Positions 1-13,880 of a stretch of DNA of 64,000 nucleotides are shown in pieces. The DNA comes from Laetmonice hystrix (taxonomy: Eukaryota). The notes beneath the pieces were generated by a model. The model had not been told where the DNA came from, did no database searches, and was given only the letters and a program-made list of their open reading frames with translations. Position numbers and translations under genes: made by a program. How positions within the stretch are numbered: position 1 is the first letter of the stretch; the number at the start of each line of letters is the position of its first letter. The DNA lies in NCBI GenBank assembly GCA_965235115.1, contig OZ249436.1:35714001-35778000 (forward strand). The letters run 5' to 3'.

Positions 1-274
1 AGACCCCTCATCTGATTAACAAATTATCATGCTGCCCGTTTTAAAAGTAGAAATTTCTCCCAAATCTTTCAACGAAATTAGGCATAGACATAGAAAATAG
101 GCAAGAGTTTGGAAAATGGGGGTGGGGGAGCTCCCCCGAATCCGCCACTTGGTACTTTGCACTGTGGTTCACTTCCGACAAACATCAGTATAACTAACCA
201 ACTATTGCAAGAGTTAACCGTTTCTGCCAACAGGTAAGTTCACTATCAGAATGCCGCTGTGTTTATTCGTCCTT

Positions 275-866
275 AAAGCCTCAGTCACACCGGATCGTAC
301 GATTTCTGGATCGTCTGATTGGTGGTGAATTGGCCTAGGTACGACCAATCAGCAATGTTTGCTACGATCTCCATTTGCAGTCGCATACTCAATCGTGGCG
401 ACATGCAACCAGTCGGGACAGACCACCACCAGTTGCACAACCAATCGTGCGACTGCTTGACCTGCGATCATGCAAGACAGGTGGTACGACTATTATAAGA
501 CCTGTCTGCCACCTCTTACAACTTGGAATCGCAGGTCTGCAGAAGTTTTGAACATGACTCTCGACCTTGCTGCGACTAATTTTGCTCTGGCGACCAGTCA
601 CGTTCTCTGTGACCAGTCACACGCTCTTTCTACGAGTTGCCTGTGATTTCAACATTTTTCGGTCGCAGCTAGGTCTTAACCCGGTCGCAGGCCCAGTGTG
701 ACTGGGGCTGGACATGACCATTGACCTTGCTGCGACTGATTTTGCTCTGGCAATCACCCACGACCTCTGCGACCAGTCGCACACTCTTTCTATGATTTGT
801 CTGCGATTCCAACATTTTACGGTCACAGCTAGGTGTTGGTCGCAGGCCCGGTGTGACTGGGGCTTT
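275..866. mobile_element. Non-autonomous DNA transposon (PIF/Harbinger-like MITE) with internal duplication
   Basis: TIRs aaagcctcagtcacaccgg (275-293) / ccggtgtgactggggcttt (848-866), TAA/TTA-like flanks; ~155-bp internal unit duplicated (553-710, 711-865), so a second right end lies at ~695-708. Confidence 0.7.
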
Positions 867-1289
867 AGGCATCAGCTGAACTGGAGGGTAAACCAGAATA
901 CATGGAGACAATAATCAACATGCAGCAAGTAAGTGACTAACTTCTTCATGCAAGGTACCAATGTGTGTCAATCTCAGAGGAGAGCTCAGGCTAAAGGCTG
1001 AAACCACCGAGACCACCACGGACATCACCCGCACACCAACAGAATCGGCCCTCTGATGGTGTGACCGTGTCCAGGGTATCGATCCCAGGTCATAATCAAT
1101 AATCAATGTCAAACTGAATGCATGCAACGGTTCACTGAGACCAACGTCTGCGGCACCAAGGGGTTCACATGGTGTCGCCTTGATAAAATCCATTTCGGGT
1201 ATTTTTCCTTGCGAAATTTGCAGACAAAATAGGATCTATATCTTCAATTGAACTGAAAAAGACAACTGCCTTTTTTCTGGTCATATCAC

Positions 1290-1935
1290 AGTACTCCCCT
1301 ATATCAATCTGCACCCGACACATCACAGTACTCCCCTCTATCGATTTGCACCCCTGACACATATCACAGTACTTCCCTCTACCATTCGCCCCAAAAAATC
1401 GAAAATCTCTAGGAAACCCTGCCTCTATAAATCTACCCTGCCACCAGCACATATCATACTACTCCCCTCTATAAATCTACACGACCACCAGCACATATAT
1501 ACTACTCCCCTCTATAAATCTACACGACCACCAGCACATATACTACTCCCCTCTATAAATCTACACGACCACCAGCACATCATACTACTCCCCTCTATAA
1601 ATCTACCCTGCCACCTGCACACGTCATACTACTCCCTTCTATAAATCTACACGACCACCAGCACATCATACTACTCCCCTCTATAAATCTACACGACCAC
1701 CAGCACATATCATACTACTCCCCTCTATAAATCTACACGACCACCAGCACATATCATACTACTCCCCTCTATAAATCTACACTGCCACCTGCACACGTCA
1801 TACTACTCCCCTCTATAAATCTACCCTGCCACCTGCACACGTCATACTACTCCCCTCTATAAATCTACCCTGCCACCTGCACACGTCATACTACTCCCCT
1901 CTATAAATCTACCCTGCCACCTGCACATATCACAC
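1290..1935. repeat. Minisatellite, ~39-bp unit (catactactcccctctataaatctac[acga/cctg]ccaccagcacat)
   Basis: About 13 near-identical tandem copies 1425-1930, degenerate copies on the left. Confidence 0.95.
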
Positions 1936-4226
1936 TAATCATCTACAATTTACACCACTGGAACATATCACACTCCTCTCTGTCAATCTACATCACTGGC
2001 ATCTACCACACTACTTTTTTGTCAATTTGTATGTCCGCATGTACACTCAGTCACTATCGTTCAACCTACATGACCGGCCAGGCGCAAACGCTGTTCCTGC
2101 CTGGAGTGAAGCTGAAGGGCTTTCAGTATTCTGCTGTGTCCGGAACTTTGACAGCAATCGCTAAGAATGGAGGGCTGTCACACGAGTTACAAAACAGTGT
2201 TTTCCCATTTCCTCATGTCAGGAACATTTGACAGAAAGAGAATTTCACTGTAACCCTCGCCTTGAACTATACCTGGTTTACAACATCATTTAGCACGTCT
2301 GGGTGTTCCTAACTATACCTTCACTTCACTCACTCAGGTGCAACGATACATTAAAGCCCTAATGGCTCTCCCTTGGAAAATTCCAGAAACCAAAGGTACA
2401 GCTTTTTATAATATACTGAGAAGAGTGATAAAATTTGCACCCCTTTCACACACAGTTAGCCGGCATCCTTTCTTTTCCACTTGACCCGTTTCAGCAAAAA
2501 GAAGCTTCACACCCAATGCCCTTACTTGCCAAAGCTGTTTTAGAACTTCCAAACAGCTCAGATGAAAATTCCACAACTTTCACAACTTTCTACTACCGGC
2601 AATTTTTTTTCAGTTCTGGATTTATTGTCCTAAAAAATTAACATTAAACACTGACTTTTTCCTCTTACACATGTATCTGCTTTTGATATTAATGCTGCAC
2701 TGTGTATTTAAAGCGTCCATGACTCCATGTTAACACCATGTACACCATCTTTTCTTTCTCTTCCCCCAGTAAATGGCACAAAAAAACACTTACTAAATAA
2801 AGATAAGAGAATGTTGACCATATAACTTTCGATTTGGAACTTGACAATTCTGACGTTTTCTAATCGCAACGAAATTAGCGATTCTGAATTCAATGAAAAC
2901 TCTGCAGACATACAACAGATAACGGCCTGGACACACTGACACTGACGTGGCCAGAGAAACTGCAACCATACCGCAATGACTGCATCGCCTTTGCCCTCTC
3001 TGCAAACAATTAATGTTTCTCAACGAAGAAAACGTGTGAATACCGACATATCTAATTATTATATCATGATTCAAATACATGCATATATGGGTGGTGAAGA
3101 CACAGTACTTAACCTAGTAGAATATTTTGTCGGGGGGGGGGAGAAGGTAAAATCCGGAGGGTGGTTTAGGGGTAGGGTTTTGAAAAAAAAATGCAGCAAA
3201 ATAACTTTGGGGAGTACCGGTATCTGATTTCTGGGGGTCTCCCCCACACACCCCCAAAAGAGACAAGCCTGCAGTAATCAAAGCAAATGTGCAAGGAGGC
3301 TGTGGATGTTCCCCTAAATCATGGCCCATTGAGAATTGAATCATACATTCACCCAGTTACTCTTTCAGAACAGTGCTGTGTGCAATCTAACTCAAGATTT
3401 TCTTCAACCTGTGTCATTTGGACTTCCAGATCTTACCAGGACCTGCAATGGCCCCACGCCTGCAGCGCTGTGATACTACTGGGTATATTCAAGGCTAGAT
3501 TTCAAGCCGGATTCACGTACTTCACTGACCTTGGAAGCCACCGGGACAGTATGGATTTGTTGATTATAAAGGCTGGCTGGGCCTGTCTGTAAGTGTAAGA
3601 TGGAGACTAGCAGACCACCAGTATGTCGACGTTAAATATTCAGACTGGCCTTCATGTCACATCCTGCTCTAGTGATACTTGTAACACAGAAATACCACAT
3701 TTAGATACCAGGACCAGTCTAGTCTGTTCTATAGGTAAGTATAACGCATCATTTCCATTCTACTGCAAAATTTGCTTTTGACTAAATTTGGTTATTGACT
3801 TCTATTCAGGATTTCTCAAACTCCATATTTCAAAGGAGCACGCCCTCAAAACGTGGATAATCGGGGCACACTGACTCAGAGCCAGGCTGACCATCATGGA
3901 TCACATGCTCCAGTTAAAGTATATTATTGTCGATTTTTTTTTTACAATGTACAAATGTTAAAGCATCCAGCTTTTTATTTTTTCCGTGCATTTTTACTTC
4001 AAGGCCATTGGTGGTATTCTTAAATTCACGCATTTTGAATTTATGAAAATAAGGCCATTTTCATGACCAGTCCTCGTGAGGGATATGTCATTTTTTTAAA
4101 GAAAGCAATGATAGAAAAATAATTGACTCAGCAACGTATATAGGCATGCCATGTGCAGCACACCTTCCCATATTGCAGGTGACAAATTTTTCGGTGACAT
4201 CTTAATTTTGCACAACTAGGGAAACT

Positions 4227-4595
4227 CAGGGCTTGTCCTTTAAGGTGCGCAATTGCGCCCCCGCCATGGCGCACCTAAAATGGGACAGGGGAGTTCAAAA
4301 AAACGCGCACCTTGCAAAAATAAAACTTGAAAATTTGCGCGCCTCAGACTACGTGTACTTGTAATATATATAATACTATATGTGCTTGTACCCTGGCAGT
4401 AACCATGTGCCTATGGTTGATCATAAATATGATCGGATGGGATGTGTGACGGAACCTTGCGAGGATACACACTATTACACCTCATCTGACCCAAAAATAA
4501 ATTGTGCGCCTACCACATTTTAGGTGCACAAAAAAATGTGCGCCTACCTCTTTCAAGGTGCACAAAATTTTCCTTTTTTCAAAGGACAAGCCCTG
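4227..4595. mobile_element. MITE with CAGGG termini (hAT-like)
   Basis: TIR cagggcttgtccttt / aaaggacaagccctg; flanking direct repeat gaaact on both sides; internal gcgcacct/gcgcct motifs. Confidence 0.7.
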
Positions 4596-7500
4596 GAAAC
4601 TGAGAAAGTAAAATCCAATCCACAGTATATTTAGAAAGACATATTCACGAGGACATGTTTTTAGTATATGAAAACATAAAATAACGACCAACTGGCCTTG
4701 CGAGTTCGTGAAATCATTTAATTTTGCAAGAGAAAGAAGACTTGTAATTGGAGACTTGGAGATGGTTAAGACAAAGTCCCAACTGCAGGTTCTTTCGTGA
4801 TATGACCAGTCAGTGATATTTTTTTTGGTGCAAGGCACATTCCGATACATGGCAAATCAATGTTCAAACAATCAATAAGCTGGGCAAATCCATGAATAGG
4901 TGGACAAGGACCAAAAAATAACTTTGAGTTGTTAGCTATACCTCACAAATTAAAACACCAATATCTCTGAAAGTATAGCACCTAGGGAGCTGGTTCTGGT
5001 GTCATTCTGAAGCTTTTTTCAAGCCCTATATATACTCGTCTAACAAACTTTGTCCTGCAGTCATTGAGAAAAAAGTTGTTACAAATTATAAAGTTCAAAG
5101 ATGAGCCCCAAAAAATTATATTTTTTAATTTTCTCCTAATTCACATCAAAGGTACCTCATGATGATGTAAACAAACTTCCCTGTAAATTTGGTGATGAGC
5201 ACTCAAACAGTTTCTGATCAATGAGCAATTATATATGCCATGTCCTTTCGAAAATGCACCATTTGTACATAGGCAATAAAGAAAATACATGTTTTACAGG
5301 ACTTCACACCAGACTGATTTTCAACTAGGCCCTATAGATACATAGAATTCCTGTGGGGGAGGTTCCCATTAGTATGATGGTTAAGATCTCCACCTGCAGG
5401 AGTAGAGGTCTTGGGTTTAATACAGGAAATCAGGAAGACATCAGGTTCAAGAGAAATATAACTGGAATGGCTATTGCAGACCACTTGAGTCTCAAACTAA
5501 AAAGTGGGCAAAAGATTAGTGTCGTAAGAAACTTGCAAAACGACCACTGGATTTGGACAACACTAAGTGCTGTGAAAGTCACAGGTCCACCGTCCTGGTA
5601 TTTCATGCTCTTCCAAATCCGGTGGTGACACAATACCCTTCTTGTCAAGAAGTGGTAAGCATTCTTTAACTACTATACCTAACAATATGTTATTGTCAGC
5701 TTCACTGACTTCAGCAGATGACCCCTGAATCACGACTGGGCATTGACCTTGGCAGGTTCATCATACTTCATGTGAATGACTGACTAATCTACATTGTCTC
5801 AGGACTTGTAAAATATCACCAGTAATAACACACCATTCAGAGCTTATTTTTAGGAGATGCACAGTCACGATAACATGCCATCATGCCACGACTGTCCTCT
5901 CTCTATCAATTCAACCTTCCTTCATACCAGCAGAGCTACTTAAAATATTTTATAGCAGAACTTGTCACAAGGACATAAACGGATGCTGATGTAAAAAAAA
6001 AAGAATTCCAACCCTCTGAGCATGGCTAAAAGAGGGATGGTAGTACAATGTACGGGTACTTACTGGACGTCCTCTATGCAAGAATCATGCTTTCACTAGT
6101 TAAAGATACAGGAAAGGTGATTTTTCAACATGAACACTAAAGGGCAAAATGGCTGTAAATCGACAGTTTGCCTTTCTTCCTACTTTCATGGGTTGGTTTA
6201 AGTTCTAGGTGCAGTCAAGGCACTTGCTACGGGCTACAAGTAACTTCTTCACAGAACCGTAGTGCACACTGCATGCGCACAACGATATAGTTCCCCGACG
6301 AAACTGGTAAATTAATTGTTGTTACATCTTCACACGAATAGTTATTTAACAGTACATCGCTGCTTACTTCATCATAAAAATCTGTCAAGGAAATAATGAG
6401 TGTTTTGTTTACTTCAGAGAGATCTCGAAGGTGGGGGGGCAGGTCCAGGAAAAAATGCGCATCTTTCCAGATTTTTGGGTTTTCATATATTGTTTAAAAA
6501 TTCAGTCAGGCAAGTAGCCAGAGCTATGGAACATTATATATAATACCGGTACACTATTCAAGCAATGTTTCTGCCAATTTTTCTAATGCTCATGAAATTG
6601 TTGACATGATCCCTTTAAAGGAAAGAAATGAACATTTGAGGTTGTCCTCCGAAAGTTCCTCACTGATGTTTGAAAAAACATGGACTCAATGGAGCCATAT
6701 TTGTCCTCCAGATGTTCCCCACTGATGTTTGAAAAAAATGGAGCAGGGTTAGGTAAAAGGCAGCCTTAAACCTGTTTTAGGCACGGCACTTGCCCTAAAG
6801 TGCCATAAACTGCCTTAAAATGGTTTAAGGCAGGGCTGCATCTGCATATATGCAGTGGTGTCGACTTTTTTTCAACCGCTGAAATATATTTTGTACATGT
6901 ATGTATATTTATATCTACTGTCACTGATATTAATTTTTTTATAAATCTGAACTTCCAGGTTGTCCGGAGATTTTCGGCTATCCTAAGGCTGGGGCACCCC
7001 TTACGCGGTGCAAGTTCTGTTCAGTGAATGAAACTGTCCTTTGGATATTTGTGGCAGAGAGCTGCATTCATGACCATGTGATCATCCCTTTATTGGCATA
7101 AAATCTGTCATTCTAATGAACATGAAATATGGGTCAATTAAACTTATTTTTGGTTCACTGGCCCCTGATTCTATTTCAATAGCCAGCACCATTGGTGATT
7201 ATTTGATAGAACTGTACGATGAGGTACTGCCATGCAGTTCTCAGCAATTCACTTTTCTTGGACATTGTATACTATACCTTCTCCTCACCCCCCCCCCCCC
7301 CATTTTTTTTTCATGTACTTGAAGACAAGGTATCAATTAACTCATCATGTGTTGATGACTGGAGTAGAAATGGTAAAGGTCTCACGAGAGGCGGTCATTC
7401 TCAATAGAAAAATTCCATGCGCCAAAGTAAGAAGACCTACAAGATGCTCCAGTTTAAGAAACAAAGTGAATCGTATTTGAACAGTTTTTTCGTATTTCAG

Positions 7501-7772
7501 AATAGAATTGTATTTCACTGACCAGTAAAATGAGGCTAGCAGCTAACGAGCCATCCTTGTTTGAATTCAGACTTATTGTGAGACACACTTTGTTTGCTGA
7601 TTTACTAAATATTTATAATTGAATTGAATCACTTAAAAATAAAGTCGAGTCCTTTGAGGGGTCAAAAATTGATTTCTTTTTCAAGCAATGGAAATTTAAA
7701 ATCAAGAAATAACCTGTTTGCAGAGCTGTATGCCTACACAATTTACTCAGGACTGTGGCCGTTGTACATGTA

Positions 7773-9412
7773 CGGGAGAATTGCAATATAATCATACCGC
7801 CAAGCGCGCCATTTTAGGCAATTTTTTTTTTCACTGCCACCAAAATTACTTATTTAATATGAAAATTTACATGTTGCTCTACCTTATTTTTATTTTGGTT
7901 GACCTTATTATTAAACATCTTTATTATTACCATACCTCTGAAAACAAGAACACGTGTATTTACTGTCCCACCCGTAACGGTTTTAATATAAATTTCTTTG
8001 TGATAAATAATAAGGCTCTATTTATTTTAAAGGTCCTAACTTGCTTGTTTAGTACATATGCATTTTCCTATGAAAATAGGAATAAAATGGTGAATTACTT
8101 TTTCTGTAATTGTAAAATTTGTGTTACGGGTGGGACAAAATTTCCAAATTTAGCAAGTTCCGTTTTTTGTACAAATTTTAATTCATTCATTACAACCTTT
8201 ATAACATCTAAATTGATGATATAATTAAAATATGTTTTGAATAATTTATTTTTCACTTTTAAGACTACTCACAAAATCTTGTAAATTAGCGAAATGAAGA
8301 TGTACTCTATGTGTTACGGGTGGGACAAATTATCACATATCTTAATGTTTTGGATTCTTTTTGCATGAAAGTAACCTTTTTCAATGTTGTTTGCAAAGGT
8401 AAATCTGTAATCACCCACATGAAACCATGAAAACCTAAATATATTTAAAAAAAATAATTTTATTTAAATTTAAACCAAAAAAAAAGAAACACAAGCTGAT
8501 AAACCAAGCTTTTTCTGACCAATTAACCGTTTTTGTTATATACCATTGGAATTTTTGCATAACAATTATTACCAAATTGCATAGGGATCGAGTTTGCCAC
8601 AAAATCCTAATTTAAGTTGATAAATGCCAAATTAGTAGGGTTAGGGTGAAAGTAAGCGTTACGGGTGGGACACGTTACGGGCGGGACGGATTAATGAAAA
8701 ATATCCAATATCTGAACACTTGCGTGTAAGAAGAGAAAAACAACGCTGGCCACCTTCGCACTGCCTAATCGATTTATCAAAATAAATTTTCAATTTCAAT
8801 CTTATTGTAGCCATTTTTTCATGATTATAGTGTTACGGGTGGGACAAACAAGATGGAACAAACGTCATTTTAATCGATTGCGAGATATTTTCTGATTTAA
8901 TTTTGATACTATGATTGAAATTTTGCTTGTGCTGCAAAGCAAACTTGAAAAACCTTTATTTAGTAATATTAATGAAAAGTATTAGACACTCAAGTTTGAA
9001 TTATTCGCACTGTTTCGGGTGGGACATCAAAAACTGAGGAAACAGTACGAAAGCCAAAATGAGGCCGTGTAAAAAAATCTGGCACATATTGAAAATGACA
9101 AGAAAAGCATATTGAACCCAAAGAAATTCTTGATAAAACTGATACAGACTCTTTTTAGAGAAGGACAAAGAATTTATTAGAAATTGCGAAAAAGCCTAGA
9201 AACCTAGAGATAAACGGTGTTACGGGTGGGACATTTCAACCTATTATTTGAGCGTATATGAATTAATATTAGTCCTAACGAAGCCTATATAATGTTCCAG
9301 TGTAGATTTACTATTGGGGAGAAATATGAGATAAAATAAAGATCAAGTAAGTTCGTTTCTAAGACACAAGATACAAAACGGCCAATGGTATGATTATATT
9401 GCAATTCTCCCG
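7773..9412. mobile_element. AT-rich non-autonomous DNA transposon, TA TSD, iterated internal motif GTTACGGGTGGGAC
   Basis: TIR cgggagaattgcaatataatcatacc / ggtatgattatattgcaattctcccg flanked by TA; motif copies near 7965 (reverse), 8123, 8312, 8658, 8673, 8831, 9011, 9218; no transposase ORF. Confidence 0.85.
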
Positions 9413-10212
9413 TACATGCGCCAAGTTAGTTGATGCCGAGATCAGCCCTGTTATAAAAACTGTCGCCAACAGTAGTCGCCAAAACGAGTGATTTTAGTTA
9501 AAGCAAAGGCATCACTCATCTGGCAAGATTTGGAAGTTGGCAAGACCATACAAGTATATAGCCCCCTTTCCTGCACCCCACAGTTGGTTGCCAAAATCAG
9601 TAGGGGTATGTCCTTGCCCTTATATAAGGCCTTGCCACAGGCCCTTGACTTCTATACAGAATCCCCTAACTGTCACAGCCGCTGAATATTTGAAGGATTA
9701 CCGGTAACTAGTATTGCTATACAATGTATCTTATATGTAGACATGAACAGGAGAAAATATCAAAATCGCTGAAACTCATGATTTTGAGTCAAAACAAAAA
9801 AAAACAAATGTCACCATATTTGCATGCTTGTTGCCTGGAATAGATAGATCTATATGACATGTATGTTGTGTGACCATTCGACTTGAGCTATCTAGATGAC
9901 ATAGATCACTCGACATACCCCCTGCTATCTTACCGCGAAAACTTATAAACATAATCCAACATGTTGAGTGTGCGGCAGCGCACCCAGCAGAATCCCCCAT
10001 CAGCGCCCCCGGTTGGTTTCCCCCCGGTTAGCGAGGCGCCTCCTGTCATTGTACAAGTGGGGGACCACGTGGACGGGAGCCGACATCAACAACAAAACTT
10101 CTCGCAGCATTTCGGCGTTCGCCGCTCAACAAAAGTCGATCACTAGACACCTTTGAGTCAGTCATATAGAAAGGTGACATATAAAATAATAATAACGGCT
10201 TGCCTGACTCAC

Positions 10213-10713
10213 CTTTTCCAACTCATGCAATTCGAGCAGCGTAGGCCGCTTGCGAATATTGCCAGTCGCAGACAGGATATTCCGATAATGATCCAAGTGA
10301 GGCAGTGTCTCCAACGTGTTTCTGCCGAACGTTTTCAGATTGTGTGTGTCGTATGAATGCGAATTATAGGTGGGATCAGCATTGTTCGGGGACATTGGCG
10401 GCGAGCTGCTGGTATCATTGCTGCAGACAGACTCCTGCCGGCTCCTGTTCCTCGTTCTCGCCCGCCCCCCGTTGGCGTTGCTGCCGTTGTTTTCATCGCC
10501 ACGCTCCGACCCGCGTTCAGGGGGCAACGTGTCCTCTTCACTGAATTCCACACGCGCCACCTTGAATCTGGACTTACTTTGCACACGAGGCAGGCCATTC
10601 TCCGTCCCCTCCTCCTTCGGTATTAAGATATTACTCGTTGTTGGTTCAGATATCGTAAATTTCGCAAATCTCCTTCGGCTGGGGTCAGAATCCGCATCCA
10701 CACTGTCCGCCAT
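10213..10713 (-). CDS. SLC12A2: First coding exon (167 codons) of a Na-K-2Cl cotransporter (NKCC, SLC12A1/2 family); remainder of gene lies left of the window
   Basis: MADSVDAD...SRFKVARV (RFxV SPAK/OSR1 docking motif)...THNLKTFGRNTLETLPHLDHYRNILS...RPTLLELHE matches the NKCC N-terminal phospho-regulatory domain; ATG in AAAATGGCG context; phase-0 donor AAG|GTGAGT at 10213/10212; CpG-rich. Confidence 0.9.
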
Positions 10714-10742
10714 TTTCCCATCAATGTGTTGCGGCGGCCATA

Positions 10743-10754
10743 TGACGTCACGTG
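10743..10754. promoter_or_regulatory. Overlapping CRE (TGACGTCA) and E-box (CACGTG) ~30 bp upstream of the NKCC ATG
   Basis: Sequence tgacgtcacgtg in a CpG-rich region immediately 5' of the start codon; function not testable from sequence. Confidence 0.4.
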
Positions 10755-10876
10755 GGAGGGATTCTCCCAAGTTGCAACGCGCTAAAAAAAAATCGGCCGT
10801 GTTCCCGCCAACACTTCTAGGCAAACTTAGGCCTAGATGGTGGGGATTTTCTTAAAGAAAGAAATAGGCCTAGCTA

Positions 10877-10920
<44 letters not shown>

Positions 10921-11022
10921 GAGGGAGGGAGGGAGGGAGGGAGGGAGGGAGGGAGGGAGGGAGGAAGGAAGGAAGGAAGGAAGGAAGGAAGGAAGGAAGG
11001 AAGGAAGGAAGGAAGGAAGGAA
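10877..11022. repeat. Compound polypurine microsatellite (GAAA)n(GAGG)n(GGAA)n
   Basis: ~145 bp uninterrupted purine tract. Confidence 0.97.
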
Positions 11023-11244
11023 TTCTAGGCGTTAGGCTTGTCAACAGAACTTGTTGTTTTGTATAGGCGTCGAACTCAGCGGAAGTTTTGATAATCTTAT
11101 TATGGTGGTCAGAGGTGGTTTGAAATTTGTGTAGGCCCTATAGTGTATTATACATGTGTGTGAGGCTATACACACAAATAAAAATTAGTGTACATTACCC
11201 GGAATTAGGGGAGACTTTTTGTTTTTGACTTCGATATCTTTTTA

Positions 11245-12000
11245 TTGTATTAAATTATCGCATTACGGGGTTCGTGGAACCCCTCTAAAATGGTTCGAAA
11301 GTTATCTCAGCAACAGACTGCAGCATGTAGTTTTCGAAAATACCATATCCGATAACAAAACTATTAAGGCAGGAGTACCACAGGGTTCTACCTTAGGCCC
11401 TTTGTTATTCCTTATAGGCCTATGACCTACCCTCAGTATACCAAGCTTCACACAATAATGTTCGCAGATGAGGTAGTCCATTTCTCTGTGGACCATGTCC
11501 AGCCAAAATAGCGAATCAGGAACTTAAATTAATAATAAACTGGCTTTCTCACAATAAACTTTCCCTGAATATTGACAAATGCAAGTACATACTTTTTAGT
11601 AGAAAAGGAGTGACTGCATATACCGATCAGAAACTTGTAATAGGTCAAACGGAAATTGAACGAGTTGAACAAATATAGTTTCTAGGCTAGATCTATATGG
11701 TAGATCACAAACTAACCTGGAAACCACATGTACAATATATTGCATCAAAAATAGGTAAACTTATTAAAACAATTACAGCTCATAATATTCAAACACTATA
11801 CTAGAGTTTTCTTTACCCGTACATAGGTAATGGAATCACCGTCTGCATGGGGTTCTGCAGGACCAACCACTCTAAATCCTATATCATCCAACTACGAAAG
11901 AGAGCCGTACGTCTTCTTACTGCAAGCCATGGAATTGCACATGCTAGCCCCTCTTCAAGAAAATCAATACACTTCCCTTCGGGCTTCTCTATATATTTAA
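11245..12000 (+). mobile_element. Degenerate 3' fragment of a CR1/L2-type LINE reverse transcriptase
   Basis: KLSHYGVRGTPLKWFESYLSNRLQ...GVPQGSTLGPLLFLI, followed by frameshifted MFAD(E), WLSHNKLSLNIDKCK and DHKLTWKPHV motifs; stops and frameshifts. Confidence 0.9.
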
Positions 12001-12749
12001 AATTCTCATATATCGAGTGGGCCTAAAATTTTGGAACACTCTTTTGTTTTACTGTAACTTCTATAATCTTTACCCCACTGTCATAATATTTGGACCATAA
12101 TATCATCTGGTTAATTGGAGCATGTGGTACAAATAGGTCAAAATGTCTAAAAATAGGGCCATTTTAAAAACTGCATGTCAAAAATTGCAATGCCGGACCA
12201 GGCGTCCTCGGCAGAATTGGTCCTGATGTGGCTGGAACACTCTTTACTTGACTAAGGCTTCTACAATTTCCATAGTTTGCCGTTGATATTTAGTGCATCA
12301 TGTTATATGGTTAATAGCATTTGGTGGTGATAATTTTAGGCAGATAGGCCAAAAACTCATTATGTGGAAACAAATCAAACATCGCATGTCGAAAAATGCA
12401 ATGCTGGAGAGCCATGTAAGACTTTAGTGTCACCTACCTTGTTGAAATAAAAAGGTGATTGATTTGACCCCCATCCTGTTCACTGTTCTTTTTTAATATC
12501 CCGGCTGACTTCCTGTCTTCTTCTAGAGTAATTCCCTCCCACCTTTCCCGAATTTTCTACCTCATTTCGTTCTCGCCGAATTTTTGTTTGCGACCTTTAT
12601 AGACTTTTTCAGACAGGGAATCCCAAATGGTGTAATCCATGGGGTTTAAGTCGGGACTGGCCACCAGTTTTTGGCAGGGGGAATTTCATACATTTGACGT
12701 CACGTCATTTAGACACAGTGGCAACAATCCTGCCTTAAAGATAATTAAT

Positions 12750-12965
12750 TAATCACTCTAGGGCCGCCGAGTTTTGTCGGAGCGGTGTCCCCATCTCCTA
12801 CGAATCCGCGTATTTCAAGCTTACCTGATCTTGAATCTATCCCACTGGACTGATAAAACATTCTGTCGTAATCATAACATTGTTGTGCTAGGTCTGTTGT
12901 TGATTATGAGCCATAATGAGGCGATAAATCCCATATTTTTCATCTCAATGGACTGAGAACCTAGA
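12750..12965. repeat. Dispersed repeat; uninterrupted (empty-site) inverted copy of the element at ~16785-17590
   Basis: tccccatctcctacgaatccgc...cattgttgtgctaggtct...ggactgagaacc is the reverse complement of 16787-16884 joined to 17465-17570. Confidence 0.8.
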
Positions 12966-13880
12966 AAACTGCCGCCCTTTCCTCCTTTTCAAAGTTGTGA
13001 CCCCCCCCCCCCCCCTCCGAGCACATGGATCCGGCATTGCTTTAGACCTCCACTCGATAACTCTGGATCAGGTAAGGTTCACGAACATCTATGGACGATG
13101 GAGAACATGACTATCGACCTTGCTGCGACTGATAGTAAATTTTGGTAAAAGTGACTCTCATATTGACTAGATCTATAATAGCCCAGTGCTATGTTTGTAC
13201 AAGAGATCAACTACCATTTTCACTGCCAAGGTTGGTCAAGATTGAATAAGGGACTTTTATCCAAGGGGGTTGGGGTATGAACCAGCTGTTAATTAATTCA
13301 TTAATTAGGGGGATATATTTTATATTTTGGGGTAAAAATCAATTTTACATGGGGGCAGAATTTTACATAGGCCTATATGGGGGAACAAAGATTTTTATAG
13401 TAGAGGTAGAAATAGGCCTATGCGTTGGACATTCCTTGACATTGTCAAAACATACCAGACGCGGTTTTTTCCCCCGACACCAAAAAAATAAGTTCGGGAG
13501 CAGGGTCATATAGATCTACTGCCCGATTCTATCATACGACACGGACAACGTCAGCCGACGGCATAATCGGGGGAAAATCCGCCAGTGTGACCCCGGCTTA
13601 AGGCAGATAACATTCATTGGGGGAGAAGGTGCTGCTCCCTAGTCATAATTGATTTATTGCATGCGTCGTATTGTGGACAGGTGGCGCCACTGATCTGCCT
13701 CCGACTTCAGGCCTATGTATGCATGTTCTCTTCACAAAAATGCTATAATGTTTTAATGTTTCAAATTCTGTGAAAATTAAAGTTCTTGTTAAAAAATTAA
13801 GGTCCAAAATACACGTATACTTGCACATAATCATGTTAATATCTGCGAAACTGTTTCTCCGGATGGCCCTATAAACTATA

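Noticed and set aside
1425..1930. CRISPR-like array
   Set aside because: Units are contiguous with no unique spacers; eukaryotic minisatellite (same for 38953-39415)
5364..5425. tRNA/SINE head
   Set aside because: Only weak A/B-box resemblance; too degenerate to call
7718..8224. 168-aa ORF as transposase
   Set aside because: AT-rich low-complexity translation with no DDE or HTH motif
1..10212. Further NKCC exons
   Set aside because: No KFGW/transmembrane-coding exon found; ORFs such as 915-1193 and 2019-2231 show no similarity
10714..10824. Upstream extension of the NKCC ORF
   Set aside because: Starts at a non-ATG codon and runs through promoter-like sequence; ATG at 10713 has a good context
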